The notes under the pieces are model-generated. The model searched no databases, was not told the origin of the DNA, and was given only the letters and a program-made list of their open reading frames with translations. From Cyanobacteria bacterium P01_F01_bin.13 (GTDB taxonomy: Bacteria > Cyanobacteriota > Cyanobacteriia > Phormidesmidales > Phormidesmidaceae), in NCBI GenBank assembly GCA_039191365.1, contig JBCCXQ010000004.1:6458-70457 (forward strand): 64,000 nt of DNA, read 5' to 3'. The position numbers and the translations under genes were made by a program. Of this stretch, positions 1 to 10,663 are shown piece by piece. Every line of letters starts with the position of its first letter. Position 1 is the stretch's first letter.

Positions 1-440
1 ATATGAACACAGATATCCCCATATCTATGACATTTCATTTCTCGGATCCAACCGAGGCCAATCCGATCTACACGCAAACTATAAATCTAGAAAAAACAGC
101 TACCGTTAGCGTCACCCTCCCTCAAGACAAGAGCTTAGCCGTTGGCAAAAAATATCGCTGGACAGTTCTGGTTTCCTGTCCTGGAGAAAATCAAACTGAA
201 ATTTCTGCACGTAGCTTTGTTGAACGTGTAGACCGGGAATCATTAGTGGTAACTAATAATCTATCTAGCCTGGAGCAGGCACGCATCTATGCCAATCAAG
301 GTATTTGGTACGATGCGATCGCTGCGCTGCTGGCTGCTGGAAGTCAGGGTGAAACGGATGCTGAAACTATGGTGCAAAATCTTTTGGAGCAAGGTCAAAG
401 TCCAGCAGAAGTAACCCTGTCAGCGGTGATGAATTTTTAA
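1..440 (+). CDS. DUF928 domain protein, C-terminal part (5'-truncated by window edge)
   Basis: Motifs L.VGKKYRWTVLVSC and ARIYANQGIWYDAIAAL are typical of cyanobacterial DUF928; lies next to a CHASE2 gene, the usual context. Confidence 0.8.
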   Translation, partial: MNTDIPISMTFHFSDPTEANPIYTQTINLEKTATVSVTLPQDKSLAVGKKYRWTVLVSCPGENQTEISARSFVERVDRESLVVTNNLSSLEQARIYANQGIWYDAIAALLAAGSQGETDAETMVQNLLEQGQSPAEVTLSAVMNF

Positions 441-505
441 GTCTCTTGGAGCAATCGCCGTACCACTAGAGCATTAGCAATAACGTCGTTCACAGATGGT
501 AGCTC

Positions 506-2284
506 TTGGTGAAAACAGGCAAACTTAAAGATGTCTGGAGAGATCTCTGGCAGGGCCTCAGAAATAGCAATAGAGTTACGATACTAGCCAGTTTCACGGC
601 CGCTGGTATTGTCTTGACTTTACGATCGTTGAGTGCTCTACAAATGCTAGAGTTGCGGGCATTTGACAAGATACTTACTCTACGGCCATCTGAGCCCACT
701 GACCAGCGGCTAGTCATCGTTGGCGTTACGGATGCAGATCTAGACAGTTATCTAAAAACGGCCTCGGTTAGCGATCAAACCATGGCTCAGTTAATTCAAA
801 AAATTCAGGCCCAAAAACCACGGGTCATTGGCCTTGATTTTTATCGTAATTTGCCCAATGGAAAAGGCTCTAAGGCCTTAGCAAAAGTCTTTGATAGCAC
901 TTCCAACCTGATTGGGATTGAAAAAGTGATTGGGGATCGGCAAAGTGCCCCCATACCTGGTAATCAGATTTTGGCAGCGACTGACCAAATTGCTGCCAGC
1001 GATATTGTTGTGGATTTAGATGGCCGTGTGAGACGTGGGATCTTGTTTCCTGCTGCCGATGGCACGCGTATTCTAGAAAGTCTGGGGTTACGTGTAGCCC
1101 TTGATTATTTAGCTGGTGAGTCATCTGCAATTACTCCCAATCCTAATGATGCGGTTTTAACCCTGAATAATGTCCAATTCTCACCCATTGAACATCACAC
1201 AGGTGGATACACTAATACTGATGCTCGGGGATATCAAATAATCCTTAATTGGCGACAACAAACGGAAGCCTTTAAGCGTATTTCTTTAGAACAAGTTTTA
1301 CAGAATCAGATTCCACCTGATTTGATGCGAGATCGCATCGTCCTCATTGGCAACATGGCTGCTAGTCAAGCAGATATTTTTTACACAGTTGGCCAACGAC
1401 CTAAAAAGGAACCACCCATTAAGTTCGGGGTGGAAATCCACGGGGAAATTGCTAGCCAAATTATCAATACCGTGCTGGATGATCGTCCACTGATCCATAC
1501 ATGGCCCCAGTGGATAGAAAATCTCTTGATCATCGGCATTGCCATCGGTGGAGGATATCTCACCCAACGGTCTACTAAATTTTGGCAACGGCTGTCATTA
1601 ATTCCTGGTATTAGTTGTTTGCTGCTGATTGGCAGCTATGGGGCATTAAGCCTGGGGGGGCTGTGGGTACCGGTGGTGCCCATGCTTTTAGGGTTATGGA
1701 TCGCGGCAGGGCTTACAGGAGCCCATCGCACTACACAACTACAGGTTCTCTCAGCCAATGATAAATTAACAGGGTTAGCCAATCGCCGCACTTTTGATGA
1801 AAGCCTTCAGCAAGCATGGTTTAAGGCTCTGCGATCGCAACAGCCCTTAGCCTTGATTGTGGGGGATGTGGACCATTTCAAAAAATATAACGATACCTAT
1901 GGTCATCCCCAAGGCGATGAATGCCTCAAACGGGTGGCTCAAGCAATACGCGCAGCAGCCAGAACCCAAGGGACACTATGTGCTCGCTACGGTGGAGAAG
2001 AATTTGTCGTGTTGTTATCCAATACAACGGCTGCGCAGGGAATCGCGATCGCAAACTCAATTTTGGGGAAACTGACGGCCTACAACCTACCCCACATAGC
2101 CTCCAACACTGCTAATCATGTGACGATGAGTCTAGGCGTCACCAGCTTTATTCCCAAACTAGAAATTCCCCCCAGTGCCTTAGTCGAAATGGCCGACCTA
2201 GCTTTGTACACTGCCAAAAAGTCGGGTCGCAACTGTGTTCGACTCCATCAACCCAATACCCTCGACAAACTGCCATCCCATTGA
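506..2284 (+). CDS. CHASE2-domain diguanylate cyclase (CHASE2, 3 TM, GGDEF)
   Basis: CHASE2 motifs (LELRAFD, PRVIGLDFYR, DLDGRVRR, GVEIHG), three TM helices, DKLTGLANRR, DVDHFKKYNDTYGH, ARYGGEEF. Confidence 0.92.
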   Translation: MVKTGKLKDVWRDLWQGLRNSNRVTILASFTAAGIVLTLRSLSALQMLELRAFDKILTLRPSEPTDQRLVIVGVTDADLDSYLKTASVSDQTMAQLIQKIQAQKPRVIGLDFYRNLPNGKGSKALAKVFDSTSNLIGIEKVIGDRQSAPIPGNQILAATDQIAASDIVVDLDGRVRRGILFPAADGTRILESLGLRVALDYLAGESSAITPNPNDAVLTLNNVQFSPIEHHTGGYTNTDARGYQIILNWRQQTEAFKRISLEQVLQNQIPPDLMRDRIVLIGNMAASQADIFYTVGQRPKKEPPIKFGVEIHGEIASQIINTVLDDRPLIHTWPQWIENLLIIGIAIGGGYLTQRSTKFWQRLSLIPGISCLLLIGSYGALSLGGLWVPVVPMLLGLWIAAGLTGAHRTTQLQVLSANDKLTGLANRRTFDESLQQAWFKALRSQQPLALIVGDVDHFKKYNDTYGHPQGDECLKRVAQAIRAAARTQGTLCARYGGEEFVVLLSNTTAAQGIAIANSILGKLTAYNLPHIASNTANHVTMSLGVTSFIPKLEIPPSALVEMADLALYTAKKSGRNCVRLHQPNTLDKLPSH

Positions 2285-2296
2285 TAGAGAAACGGT

Positions 2297-3010
2297 CTAT
2301 AAGTCACTAACGGGTTCACCCTTCACTTTCACTGCTTCAAACAGACGTGAAAAGTAAAACTTGGTTGCAGTAAACTCCCTACGCCTGATCTCCCAACCAT
2401 TCGCCTTTAAAGCAGCACGAACATCGACTTCGCTATGGAGATAAGCACGGGTTGCCTTACTGGGACCAGGAAAAAATTCACCAATACGCTTTAGCAAAGT
2501 ATAAAACGGATTTTTAGGGGCAAAGCTCAAAATCAATCGATCTTCCGCCAGGGAACTCAGGTGAGCAATCATTTCACCCGCCTTGATTTGGGGATAGTGA
2601 ATCAGCACATCCAAGCAAATTACAGTATGATAGCGACCACCCAACTTTTCCAAGTCTTGCACATCAAAAGTCACTGCTGTATTGGGAGGCAAGAATTCCT
2701 TAGCTCGATGACTAGCCTCCTCGACCATCTTTTCAGAAATATCGCTGGCAGAAACAATCGCCCCCATGGCAGCCAAAGGGATACTCAGAGTACCGACGCC
2801 GCAACCCGCATCGCAGATGGTCAATCCCTGAGCATCCCCATCTTGTTTAAACCAGTAGAGCACATGGTCAACAGTTTGCTGATGGCCCTCACGAATATCT
2901 CGCTGAACCTTATTAACCTGACCATCACCGTAAATACGACTCCAACGATCAAACCCTTGGGCATTAAAATAATCACGAACGATGGTCTTATCGTCAGTTG
3001 TACTCGTCAT
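2297..3010 (-). CDS. chlM: Mg-protoporphyrin IX methyltransferase
   Basis: DDKTIVRDYFN..GFDRW, ICDAGCGVG SAM motif, CLDVLIHYP, GPSKATRAY; ATG at 3010 preferred over TTG at 3022. Confidence 0.95.
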   Translation of the reverse strand: MTSTTDDKTIVRDYFNAQGFDRWSRIYGDGQVNKVQRDIREGHQQTVDHVLYWFKQDGDAQGLTICDAGCGVGTLSIPLAAMGAIVSASDISEKMVEEASHRAKEFLPPNTAVTFDVQDLEKLGGRYHTVICLDVLIHYPQIKAGEMIAHLSSLAEDRLILSFAPKNPFYTLLKRIGEFFPGPSKATRAYLHSEVDVRAALKANGWEIRRREFTATKFYFSRLFEAVKVKGEPVSDL

Positions 3011-3342
3011 AGGCTCGGCCAATAGTAATCAATTAGGATTTCTCTACCGTCAGATCCTATTATGTTTTGACCATCGCTCCGCGAGAATTTTCATTGAATT
3101 GCTTAGGGACCAGCAAACAAATAAAGTCCTGGCTCAGGATGATGAAAAGAAAAGAAAATGAGGAAACGGCTTACCTATTTGGCGGCTAGTGCCTCACTAT
3201 TGCCTCAGAGGAAGGTCATGAGAAATGCCAGTAATACATTTTTTATATAAAAGCCTTATATTTTTTTGGTAATGCCCTACGCAGCTCTTCGCGCCTAGCA
3301 TAAACTCAAGTTGATAGGTGTATTGATGCAAAGCTAAGAAAA

Positions 3343-4641
3343 ATGCCGGACGGGAATAATGCATTTGCTAACGCGCAAAATCTAGGAGTATTAACAAGTG
3401 CCCGTACTCTCAATCGTTCAATAGGAGCATTTATCCGAGGGAGACGGGATCTCGAAGACTTTTACCAATTCCGCCTAACTGGTGCTCGTTCATTTTCAGC
3501 TGCCCTGAATGGTTTGAGAGCAGGTACGGATGCGAACATCACCCTTTATAACGCTCAACGACGACCACTCCAGTTCTCTGGACGGCCTGGTAACAGTAAT
3601 GAATTGATCCGTCGTAATTTAGGTGCAGGTGTCTATTTTGTCAGGGTGAATGCCCGCATTGGCAGTACCCCCTATCGCTTGGGGCTCTCTATCGCGCCAC
3701 CGGATCGAGCTGGTAATCGGCTAGGTGTTGCCCGTAATGTGGGGCCTCTTAGTCGGCAAACACGAGTCTTTCAAGATTTTGTTGGCAGAGTAGACCCACA
3801 GGATTTCTATCGTTTTAATGTTAGTCGACGTGGACGGACAACGATAGACCTGAGTCAGCTCCGCAATGCTAACGTCGATTTAGCTCTCTTTAACGGCAGG
3901 GGGCAAATCCTTCGAGGCTCTGCACGGGCAGGGGCTCAAAGCGAGAGGATTCAACTGACCTTAAATCCAGGAAATTATTTTGTACGTGTCTTGCGACGTA
4001 GTGGTAACACCAATTATCGTCTGGCAATGACATCAGCTCCCATCCAAACGGGTGGTAGTAGTGCGGCAGTGCCTGGTAGAGGCACCTATAGCCTCACGGC
4101 TACAGGGACAACATTTTCAGGCAGTACAGCATTTCCTAGTTCTCAAACCCGCTACTTTCCTACTGAAGGATTCAGGTTACCTGGGCGCCTAACTATCAGT
4201 CCAACCATTCGTTTCGCTCCCAATAGCCGGTTTAACGGCATCAATCCACGAGATATCTTATTTACCGTTGGTGGCAGCACAACGATTGCAACTGGTCAAG
4301 CTGGTCAGGTACTCTTTGCCTCTAATACTGCCATGTTTAGACAAATTGGAGGGAACTTTAGTCAATCTGCTTCCCTAGATCTTACCCGTGTACAGATCAA
4401 CGGTGGAACAATGAGCGTTCAAGTTGATGCTCAGCGAGCACGGCAGTCTCAACTTAACTTATTCAATCGACGAACGAGCATATTGGCAGCACCGTCACAA
4501 GTACTGCAAGGCAATATAACCATTCGGTTTACAAATGGTGGACGCAATGTGAATGGCCGGATAGATCTAATCGGCGGAGGGTTGATAGAGCCTGGCACTT
4601 CTCGTTATATTGCCAACTTTACTGGAGTACGTCGGGCTTAG
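3343..4641 (+). CDS. Protein with two PPC (pre-peptidase C-terminal)-like beta domains and an unknown C-terminal domain; Arg-rich
   Basis: Two repeats of GN...ARN.G...D.EDFY.F.L...L..L...DL.L.N...S...G...E.I...L..G.YFVRV; no N-terminal signal peptide. Confidence 0.75.
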   Translation: MPDGNNAFANAQNLGVLTSARTLNRSIGAFIRGRRDLEDFYQFRLTGARSFSAALNGLRAGTDANITLYNAQRRPLQFSGRPGNSNELIRRNLGAGVYFVRVNARIGSTPYRLGLSIAPPDRAGNRLGVARNVGPLSRQTRVFQDFVGRVDPQDFYRFNVSRRGRTTIDLSQLRNANVDLALFNGRGQILRGSARAGAQSERIQLTLNPGNYFVRVLRRSGNTNYRLAMTSAPIQTGGSSAAVPGRGTYSLTATGTTFSGSTAFPSSQTRYFPTEGFRLPGRLTISPTIRFAPNSRFNGINPRDILFTVGGSTTIATGQAGQVLFASNTAMFRQIGGNFSQSASLDLTRVQINGGTMSVQVDAQRARQSQLNLFNRRTSILAAPSQVLQGNITIRFTNGGRNVNGRIDLIGGGLIEPGTSRYIANFTGVRRA

Positions 4642-4684
4642 CGGGAACTGGTAACTGGGTCTGAACTAATATCCCTGTAGAGAG

Positions 4685-5827
4685 TCAGGTCTCCAAAATT
4701 CTTTGCCAGCTTAAATCTTGGCCATCATAATGCCAACGTAGCAAATGGGCAGTTTGTCGAGGAGCGAGTCTGGGCAGCCCCAGAGCCTGTCGAGGCCGGT
4801 CAGTCACCAGTACAATCGCCTCTTCGACACTGCACAAGCCCCACTTGACCAAGTTTTTTGCACCATCCAACAGAGGGCGAGTCGTACCAGTCAGCGTTCC
4901 ATCGGGCAAACGAGCCGTACCGTCCTGGACCTCAATCTCACGGCTATCCCAGGGATAACGGCCATCAGGCAACCCTAGAGGTGCCAGGGCATCGCTTACA
5001 AGAAAAAGACCCCCACTATCAGAAGCGCCACGACCAGCTCGTAATAGTAAGTCCAACATTGTGGGGCACACGTGTTGACCATCAGCAATTAACCCTGTAA
5101 AAACATTGGGATGGGTAAGCGCTGCCCCCAACATTCCTGGTTCACGATGATGCAACCCTGGCATTGCATTAAATGCATGGGTAACCATGGAGGCACCCTG
5201 AAAAAACGCTTCCTGGGCCTGGGCTGCTGTTGCCAATGAATGCCCCAGGCTGACTACGATATTATGCGATCGCAGCCAGGGAATCACAGCTGCACCTGTC
5301 TCCATTTCTGGAGCCAGAGTGACGATCTCGACAGCATCTAGATAGTCACTCAGCAATGCCTGAACTCGGTCGAGTGACAGAGACTGCAGGTACTGCTCAG
5401 GATGAGCCCCACGCTTAGCTATATTGAGAAACGGCCCTTCTAAATGAGCGCCTAAAACAGTAGCATGATGGGGAAACACCTCCATCGCCTGATACGCCTG
5501 GATAACGGCCAAACTACGCTTAATCTTATCGGGAGCCGCCGTCACCAACGTCGGGGTAAACCCATCAATACCCTGGTCCCAAAGAAAGCTGGCAGCTTTT
5601 TGTAATTCTGCAGGATCTTCAAGGTCTGGAAATGCCAACCCCAACACACCATTGATTTGCAAATCCACGCCCCCAAGGGAGACCCAATCTCCCTCAAGAT
5701 CAATGGCTTGCACAGCATTAGCAGCCACTTTTGCCATTGGCAAAATAGACCTCAGCTGATGCTGCACTACCTCTAAGCAGTAAAGCCCTGACATATGAGG
5801 TAATCGCACATTGAGCAAAATTGACAT
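4685..5827 (-). CDS. nagA: N-acetylglucosamine-6-phosphate deacetylase
   Basis: DLQING, HLEGPFLN..KRGAH, TLAPE, SLGHS, THAFNAM, IADGQHV, LVSDA motifs. Confidence 0.95.
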   Translation of the reverse strand: MSILLNVRLPHMSGLYCLEVVQHQLRSILPMAKVAANAVQAIDLEGDWVSLGGVDLQINGVLGLAFPDLEDPAELQKAASFLWDQGIDGFTPTLVTAAPDKIKRSLAVIQAYQAMEVFPHHATVLGAHLEGPFLNIAKRGAHPEQYLQSLSLDRVQALLSDYLDAVEIVTLAPEMETGAAVIPWLRSHNIVVSLGHSLATAAQAQEAFFQGASMVTHAFNAMPGLHHREPGMLGAALTHPNVFTGLIADGQHVCPTMLDLLLRAGRGASDSGGLFLVSDALAPLGLPDGRYPWDSREIEVQDGTARLPDGTLTGTTRPLLDGAKNLVKWGLCSVEEAIVLVTDRPRQALGLPRLAPRQTAHLLRWHYDGQDLSWQRILET

Positions 5828-5931
5828 GAGCCCTTTAGATTCAAATCTTTGTACGAATCATCCCATAAGAACCCGGTAGGCTAACAACATCCCCTGGCAA
5901 GGCCAGGGATGCCGTTTTACTGTTTATCCTT

Positions 5932-6480
5932 ATGACCACTCCCCTAGTCGGCATTATCATGGGCAGCGATTCCGACTTACCTACCATGGAAGCCGCCATA
6001 GCTGTTTGCGAAGAGTTTGATATTCCCCACGAAGTTGCCATTATCTCGGCTCACCGCACCCCCAACCGCATGGCAAACTATGCCCAAACAGCCGTCGAAC
6101 GTGGACTGAAGATCATTATTGCTGGCGCAGGTGGAGCAGCCCATCTGCCTGGAATGGTTGCTGCTCTGACACCAGTCCCCGTCATTGGTGTGCCCGTCAA
6201 AAGCAAAAGCCTACAAGGCATCGATTCCCTTTACTCAATCGTGCAAATGCCTGGCGGCATCCCTGTTGCCACTGTCGCCATTGGCAATGCCAAAAATGCA
6301 GGACTTTTGGCCGTTCAAATATTGGCCACACACGATCTAAACCTTTTACACCAGATACAAGCCTATCGTCAGACTCTCGAAGAAAGCGTCCTGCAAAAAC
6401 AAGAGCGGCTTGATAAGCTAGGGCCTCATCCTTATCTAAAGACTATGTTCCCCTCTAGTGAAGGCGACATAACTCACTGA
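5932..6480 (+). CDS. purE: N5-CAIR mutase
   Basis: [43 protein letters not shown]. Confidence 0.97.
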   Translation: MTTPLVGIIMGSDSDLPTMEAAIAVCEEFDIPHEVAIISAHRTPNRMANYAQTAVERGLKIIIAGAGGAAHLPGMVAALTPVPVIGVPVKSKSLQGIDSLYSIVQMPGGIPVATVAIGNAKNAGLLAVQILATHDLNLLHQIQAYRQTLEESVLQKQERLDKLGPHPYLKTMFPSSEGDITH

Positions 6481-6576
6481 TAGCAAGGTTTTTTCAGCCT
6501 TTGAATATTAATTTTTGAAAAGAAGCAAAAATAAGCAAGCCCCAAACACCTAATATTCCATTCACACAAACAAAGT

Positions 6577-6590
6577 GTGTTTTTTGATAC
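6577..6590 (+). promoter_or_regulatory. Probable NtcA site (GTG-N8-TAC variant) upstream of amt
   Basis: tGTGttttttgaTACa; possible weak -10 (TGGAAT) 22 nt downstream at 6613; amt genes are established NtcA targets. Confidence 0.6.
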
Positions 6591-6894
6591 AGAATGACTC
6601 GGCTGAAATTGGTGGAATCTATCTAATAGATATGCACAATGTACCAGCACAAGCCTGTCTACAACTTAGCCGTGCTTGATATGTCTCATTGCTGCTGATT
6701 TGGTGGAGATTCTTAACTCTTATTTAGTATTCCCACTGTTTGGCAGAGTCATATCATGGTTTCAGACCTATTGCCGGTCATTGAGTATCTTGAACTGTCA
6801 AGGTCCCCTCACACAAAGGCTTCACTGTCTTGGGTTGATTCTCTTGAGAGTAAGTTTTAGTTGATTGGATTGTGTTGTAGGAACGTCTGTTGAG

Positions 6895-8355
6895 ATGTCT
6901 AGTCTAAATTTCAGCCACAAGGCAAGACGGCGTAAAACGTCTGTCTGGGATACCTATGCGCCCCCATTTGATCAAATGGCAAAGCGCTTTTTAGGCAGAA
7001 GCTTTTCATGGGCTTGGCTAGCTTGTATACCTTTGGCAATTGTTATTGTTGCCACTTGGAATACGGCTGCCCATGCGCAAGAAGAAGCAATTACTGCTGA
7101 CAATGTTCAATTTGTTTTAGATAACATCTGGGTGCTGATTGCAGCCATCCTGGTGATTTTCATGAATGCTGGTTTCGGCATGTTGGAAACCGGCTTCTGC
7201 CGCCAGAAGAATGCTGTTAACATCCTTTCCAAAAACTTAATCGTCTTTGCCCTAGCAACTCTATCCTTTTGGGCAATTGGCTTTGGTCTCATGTTTAATG
7301 AGGCTAACCCAGTGTTTGGTCTGGGTAACTTCTTCCTGTCTGGTCTGTCAGCGGATGAGCCCTATGCTGGAAACTTAACCGCCCCTGTATTCTTCCTATT
7401 CCAGGCGGCCTTTGCAGGTACTGCAGCGACTATCGTCTCTGGTGCAGTTGCAGAGCGCATTAAGTTCATCGACTTCGTTATCTTTAGCATCTTGCTAACA
7501 GCGATTTCTTACCCCATTACTGGCCACTGGGTATGGTCCGGCAATGGCTGGTTGGGTGCTTTGCCTACTGGCGGTTTTTCTGATTTTGCAGGTTCTACTG
7601 TTGTCCACTCCGTTGGTGGTTGGGCCGCCCTATGTGGTGCAGCCATCCTTGGCCCTCGTATTGGTAAATACCAAGACGGCCAAATCAATGCTATTCCTGG
7701 GCACAACATGAGTATCGCTACTCTTGGTTGTTTGATTCTATGGATTGGCTGGTTTGGTTTCAACCCTGGTTCTGAGCTAGCTGCTGATGCCGCAGTACCT
7801 TACATTGCTGTAACTACCAACCTAGCTGCTGCTGCTGGTGGTGTTGCCGCCACATTGACTGCTTGGGTACTCAATGGCAAGCCTGACCTTTCGATGATTA
7901 TCAATGGTATTTTGGCTGGCCTAGTAGGTATTACTGCTGGCTGTGCTGGTGCTAGTTTCTTTGGTGCAGTCATCATCGGCCTTGTTGCAGGCGTACTGGT
8001 TGTCTTCTCAGTTGGGTTCTTTGACAGCATCAAGATTGATGACCCCGTTGGTGCCATTTCCGTACACCTTGTATGCGGTATGTGGGGCACACTTGCTGTG
8101 GGTTTGTTTGATACTTCTGCTGGATTGTTCTACGGCGGTGGTATTGCTCAGCTGATTTCCCAGATAATCGGTATTGTTGCTATTGGTCTGTTTACTGTTG
8201 TATTCAGCGCAATTGTTTGGACCATATTGAAGTCCGCTTTCGGTCTACGTGTATCTGCCGAGGAAGAGCTCAAGGGCTTGGATATTGGTGAGCATGGCAT
8301 GGAAGCTTATAGCGGCTTCCTGAAGGACACTAGCGATATGGGTGGTGTTGCTTAG
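6895..8355 (+). CDS. amt: Ammonium transporter (Amt1 type)
   Basis: [68 protein letters not shown]; ATG at 6895 preferred. Confidence 0.96.
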   Translation: MSSLNFSHKARRRKTSVWDTYAPPFDQMAKRFLGRSFSWAWLACIPLAIVIVATWNTAAHAQEEAITADNVQFVLDNIWVLIAAILVIFMNAGFGMLETGFCRQKNAVNILSKNLIVFALATLSFWAIGFGLMFNEANPVFGLGNFFLSGLSADEPYAGNLTAPVFFLFQAAFAGTAATIVSGAVAERIKFIDFVIFSILLTAISYPITGHWVWSGNGWLGALPTGGFSDFAGSTVVHSVGGWAALCGAAILGPRIGKYQDGQINAIPGHNMSIATLGCLILWIGWFGFNPGSELAADAAVPYIAVTTNLAAAAGGVAATLTAWVLNGKPDLSMIINGILAGLVGITAGCAGASFFGAVIIGLVAGVLVVFSVGFFDSIKIDDPVGAISVHLVCGMWGTLAVGLFDTSAGLFYGGGIAQLISQIIGIVAIGLFTVVFSAIVWTILKSAFGLRVSAEEELKGLDIGEHGMEAYSGFLKDTSDMGGVA

Positions 8356-8418
8356 AACTCAATTAGTTTGAGTTCTTTAAGCTCCTGATAGAGTTTAGAA
8401 GCAGCAATTTTATCCTCA

Positions 8419-8460
8419 ACACAAAAGGTGGATGGTTTCGACTGTTCACCTTTTGTTTTT
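8419..8460 (+). terminator. Intrinsic terminator after amt
   Basis: acaaaaggtggatggt-ttcg-actgttcaccttttgt hairpin followed by T run. Confidence 0.8.
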
Positions 8461-8623
8461 GAAATGCAACAATCTACTGCCTATTGGGTAACGCAGATAT
8501 AATGATGATTCCTCTTCCCCTAAGCTTAGTTACAATTCCGCAGCAGCCTGGTTAGGCGCTGATAAGGTTGGGGCAGTCAGTAGATGGATATAAACTCTAG
8601 AATCAATCAAAGTCATAGGGTGA

Positions 8624-10642
8624 ATGGGCAATCCGGCTTCAGTTTTAGACGAGCTGCTCGCGGTCTTACCAACACTAAGACCACAAATGTATTTCAAAAC
8701 ATCGCTGACGGCCCTCTCCCATGCGATGGAAGATCAGGTATTGGCGGGGAACGATCGGCCTTTAATGATTGCCAGTTTCCAGCAGGAGCGGTTTTATCGG
8801 CAAGAAGCTCATCGCTATTTACGTTTGGCCGAGGTAACTCCCCAAATTTATGTATTGGCTGCAGCTGACACTAAGTTTGCTCATACTGATGGCACTGTCC
8901 GACATGAAACAATTGCCTTTGATGCCGATGATGCCCTAGTACATGAATGGCATCTTGTGGTTTTGGGACCAGAGTATACAGCGTGTTTGGTCTGCCGTGA
9001 GCATCAACAGGCTTCACAAAAGCCCAAATTTCTCAGCGGTGCGCCCACACTTGATCAGAGTCGTCGTTTTGAAGGGATTTGGACACTCGATCGGCATGTT
9101 TGTGAGCAAGCAGCGTACATCTTACTACAGCGCATTTTAAGCTATCGGCCGGATTTATCTGACAAAATTAACGAAGCTCAGACTGAATTTTTACCAGCTG
9201 AACTACTGCAGGGCCAGTCCTATAGCAAGGAAATCGCAGAGACCTCACCTTTCGCTCAGCGGCTGGTAACTTATGTGCAAGCTAGCCAATACAAACTACT
9301 GAAAGCCTATAAAACAATGGCCGCCCAAGAAAATCGAGAGCGGCTGATCAATTCAATTACAGCGGCTATTCGGCAATCATTAAATCCGACCGAAGTGTTT
9401 GCGATCGCAACCCAAGAACTTGGCCAAGAAATCGCTACCTGTCGTTGCATCATTTATCGCAGTAGCCATAATGCCAACATTGAAATTCAACACGAATTTC
9501 GCCAGCCTAAGATCACATCCCTGAAAGGTAAGTCCTGGCCACTTTTGGAAAATCCTTTATTTCAGGCCGTCAACCACCAGCACGAATCCCTAACCTATCT
9601 ACGTGGAACTTCCATGGAGGGACAAAAATATCAGCTCACAGATACTTCAGTAATCAATGATCTATTTGATCAATGGAATATTAGTGGCTGTTTGTTAGTA
9701 CCCCTTATTTACCAAGAACGTTTGCTAGGGATGATTGAACTGCATCAGTGTCAGACGTCTCCCCAGCCTTGGAATACCCATGACATTCGCCTAGTAGAGG
9801 CAGTCGCGGCTCAACTTAGTGTCGCCGTCATTCAAGCCGAAGCCTATGCAAATCTGGAAGCCCTCAACCAGCAGTTAGAAGCTTTAGAGCAAACCCGTAG
9901 CAATCTCATTGCTATCACTGGCCATGAATTACGAACGCCCCTCTCAACTATCCGAGTTTGCCTGGAAAGCATTTTCACAGAACCAGACATGCCAGCAGAT
10001 ATGCGGCAAATCATGTTGCAAACTGCCATAGATGATTCCGAACGGATGCAAAGACTGGTGCAAGACTTTCTCACTTTATCTCGCCTAGAAAGCGGTCGCA
10101 TTGAGTGGAATTTAGAATCTCTCTCCCTTGATGAATGTATAGCCTTAGCTCTCAGCAGTCGACGTTCTAATACCAATAGCTCTGACATTACGGTAAAAGT
10201 CCCCGACAATCTACCTCTGATTCGGGGAGATGGCGAATGGATCGTCGAAGTTTTAACGAAACTACTAGACAACGCCTGTAAATTTACAGACCGTCATGGC
10301 ATGATCTCTATTCAGGCAAATGTCAAAGATTCTTCCCTGGTAGAAGTATCCGTCAACGATAGTGGCCGAGGCATTGAACCAGAGCGTCTAGAAACTGTAT
10401 TTGAGCGCTTTTATCAGGAAGAAGGAGCCCTGCGTCGCTCCGTTGGGGGCACTGGTTTAGGACTGGCTATTTGTCGTCAAATTGTAGAAGCTCAGGGCGG
10501 TAAAATTTGGGCTACGTCTAAAGGTAAAAATCAAGGTACACAAATTCACTTCACCCTCCCTATTGCTGCCCAACAATCCGTCCAGAAGTCCAAAAAACAA
10601 CCAGATATCAAATCATCACAGTCAACAAGAATCTCAGTCTAG
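8624..10642 (+). CDS. DICT-GAF sensor histidine kinase
   Basis: DICT (YFKTSLTALSHAMED, FQQERFYRQE, EWHLVV), GAF, H-box GHELRTPL, LLDNACKFT, DSGRGI, GGTGLGL. Confidence 0.9.
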   Translation: MGNPASVLDELLAVLPTLRPQMYFKTSLTALSHAMEDQVLAGNDRPLMIASFQQERFYRQEAHRYLRLAEVTPQIYVLAAADTKFAHTDGTVRHETIAFDADDALVHEWHLVVLGPEYTACLVCREHQQASQKPKFLSGAPTLDQSRRFEGIWTLDRHVCEQAAYILLQRILSYRPDLSDKINEAQTEFLPAELLQGQSYSKEIAETSPFAQRLVTYVQASQYKLLKAYKTMAAQENRERLINSITAAIRQSLNPTEVFAIATQELGQEIATCRCIIYRSSHNANIEIQHEFRQPKITSLKGKSWPLLENPLFQAVNHQHESLTYLRGTSMEGQKYQLTDTSVINDLFDQWNISGCLLVPLIYQERLLGMIELHQCQTSPQPWNTHDIRLVEAVAAQLSVAVIQAEAYANLEALNQQLEALEQTRSNLIAITGHELRTPLSTIRVCLESIFTEPDMPADMRQIMLQTAIDDSERMQRLVQDFLTLSRLESGRIEWNLESLSLDECIALALSSRRSNTNSSDITVKVPDNLPLIRGDGEWIVEVLTKLLDNACKFTDRHGMISIQANVKDSSLVEVSVNDSGRGIEPERLETVFERFYQEEGALRRSVGGTGLGLAICRQIVEAQGGKIWATSKGKNQGTQIHFTLPIAAQQSVQKSKKQPDIKSSQSTRISV

Positions 10643-10663
10643 CCATCAAGTTTAAGGTGAGGA

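Noticed and set aside
8624-10642. Calling the DICT-GAF kinase Hik2/CSK
   Set aside because: Its H-box (GHELRTPL) does not match the Hik2 H-box as I recall it; left unnamed
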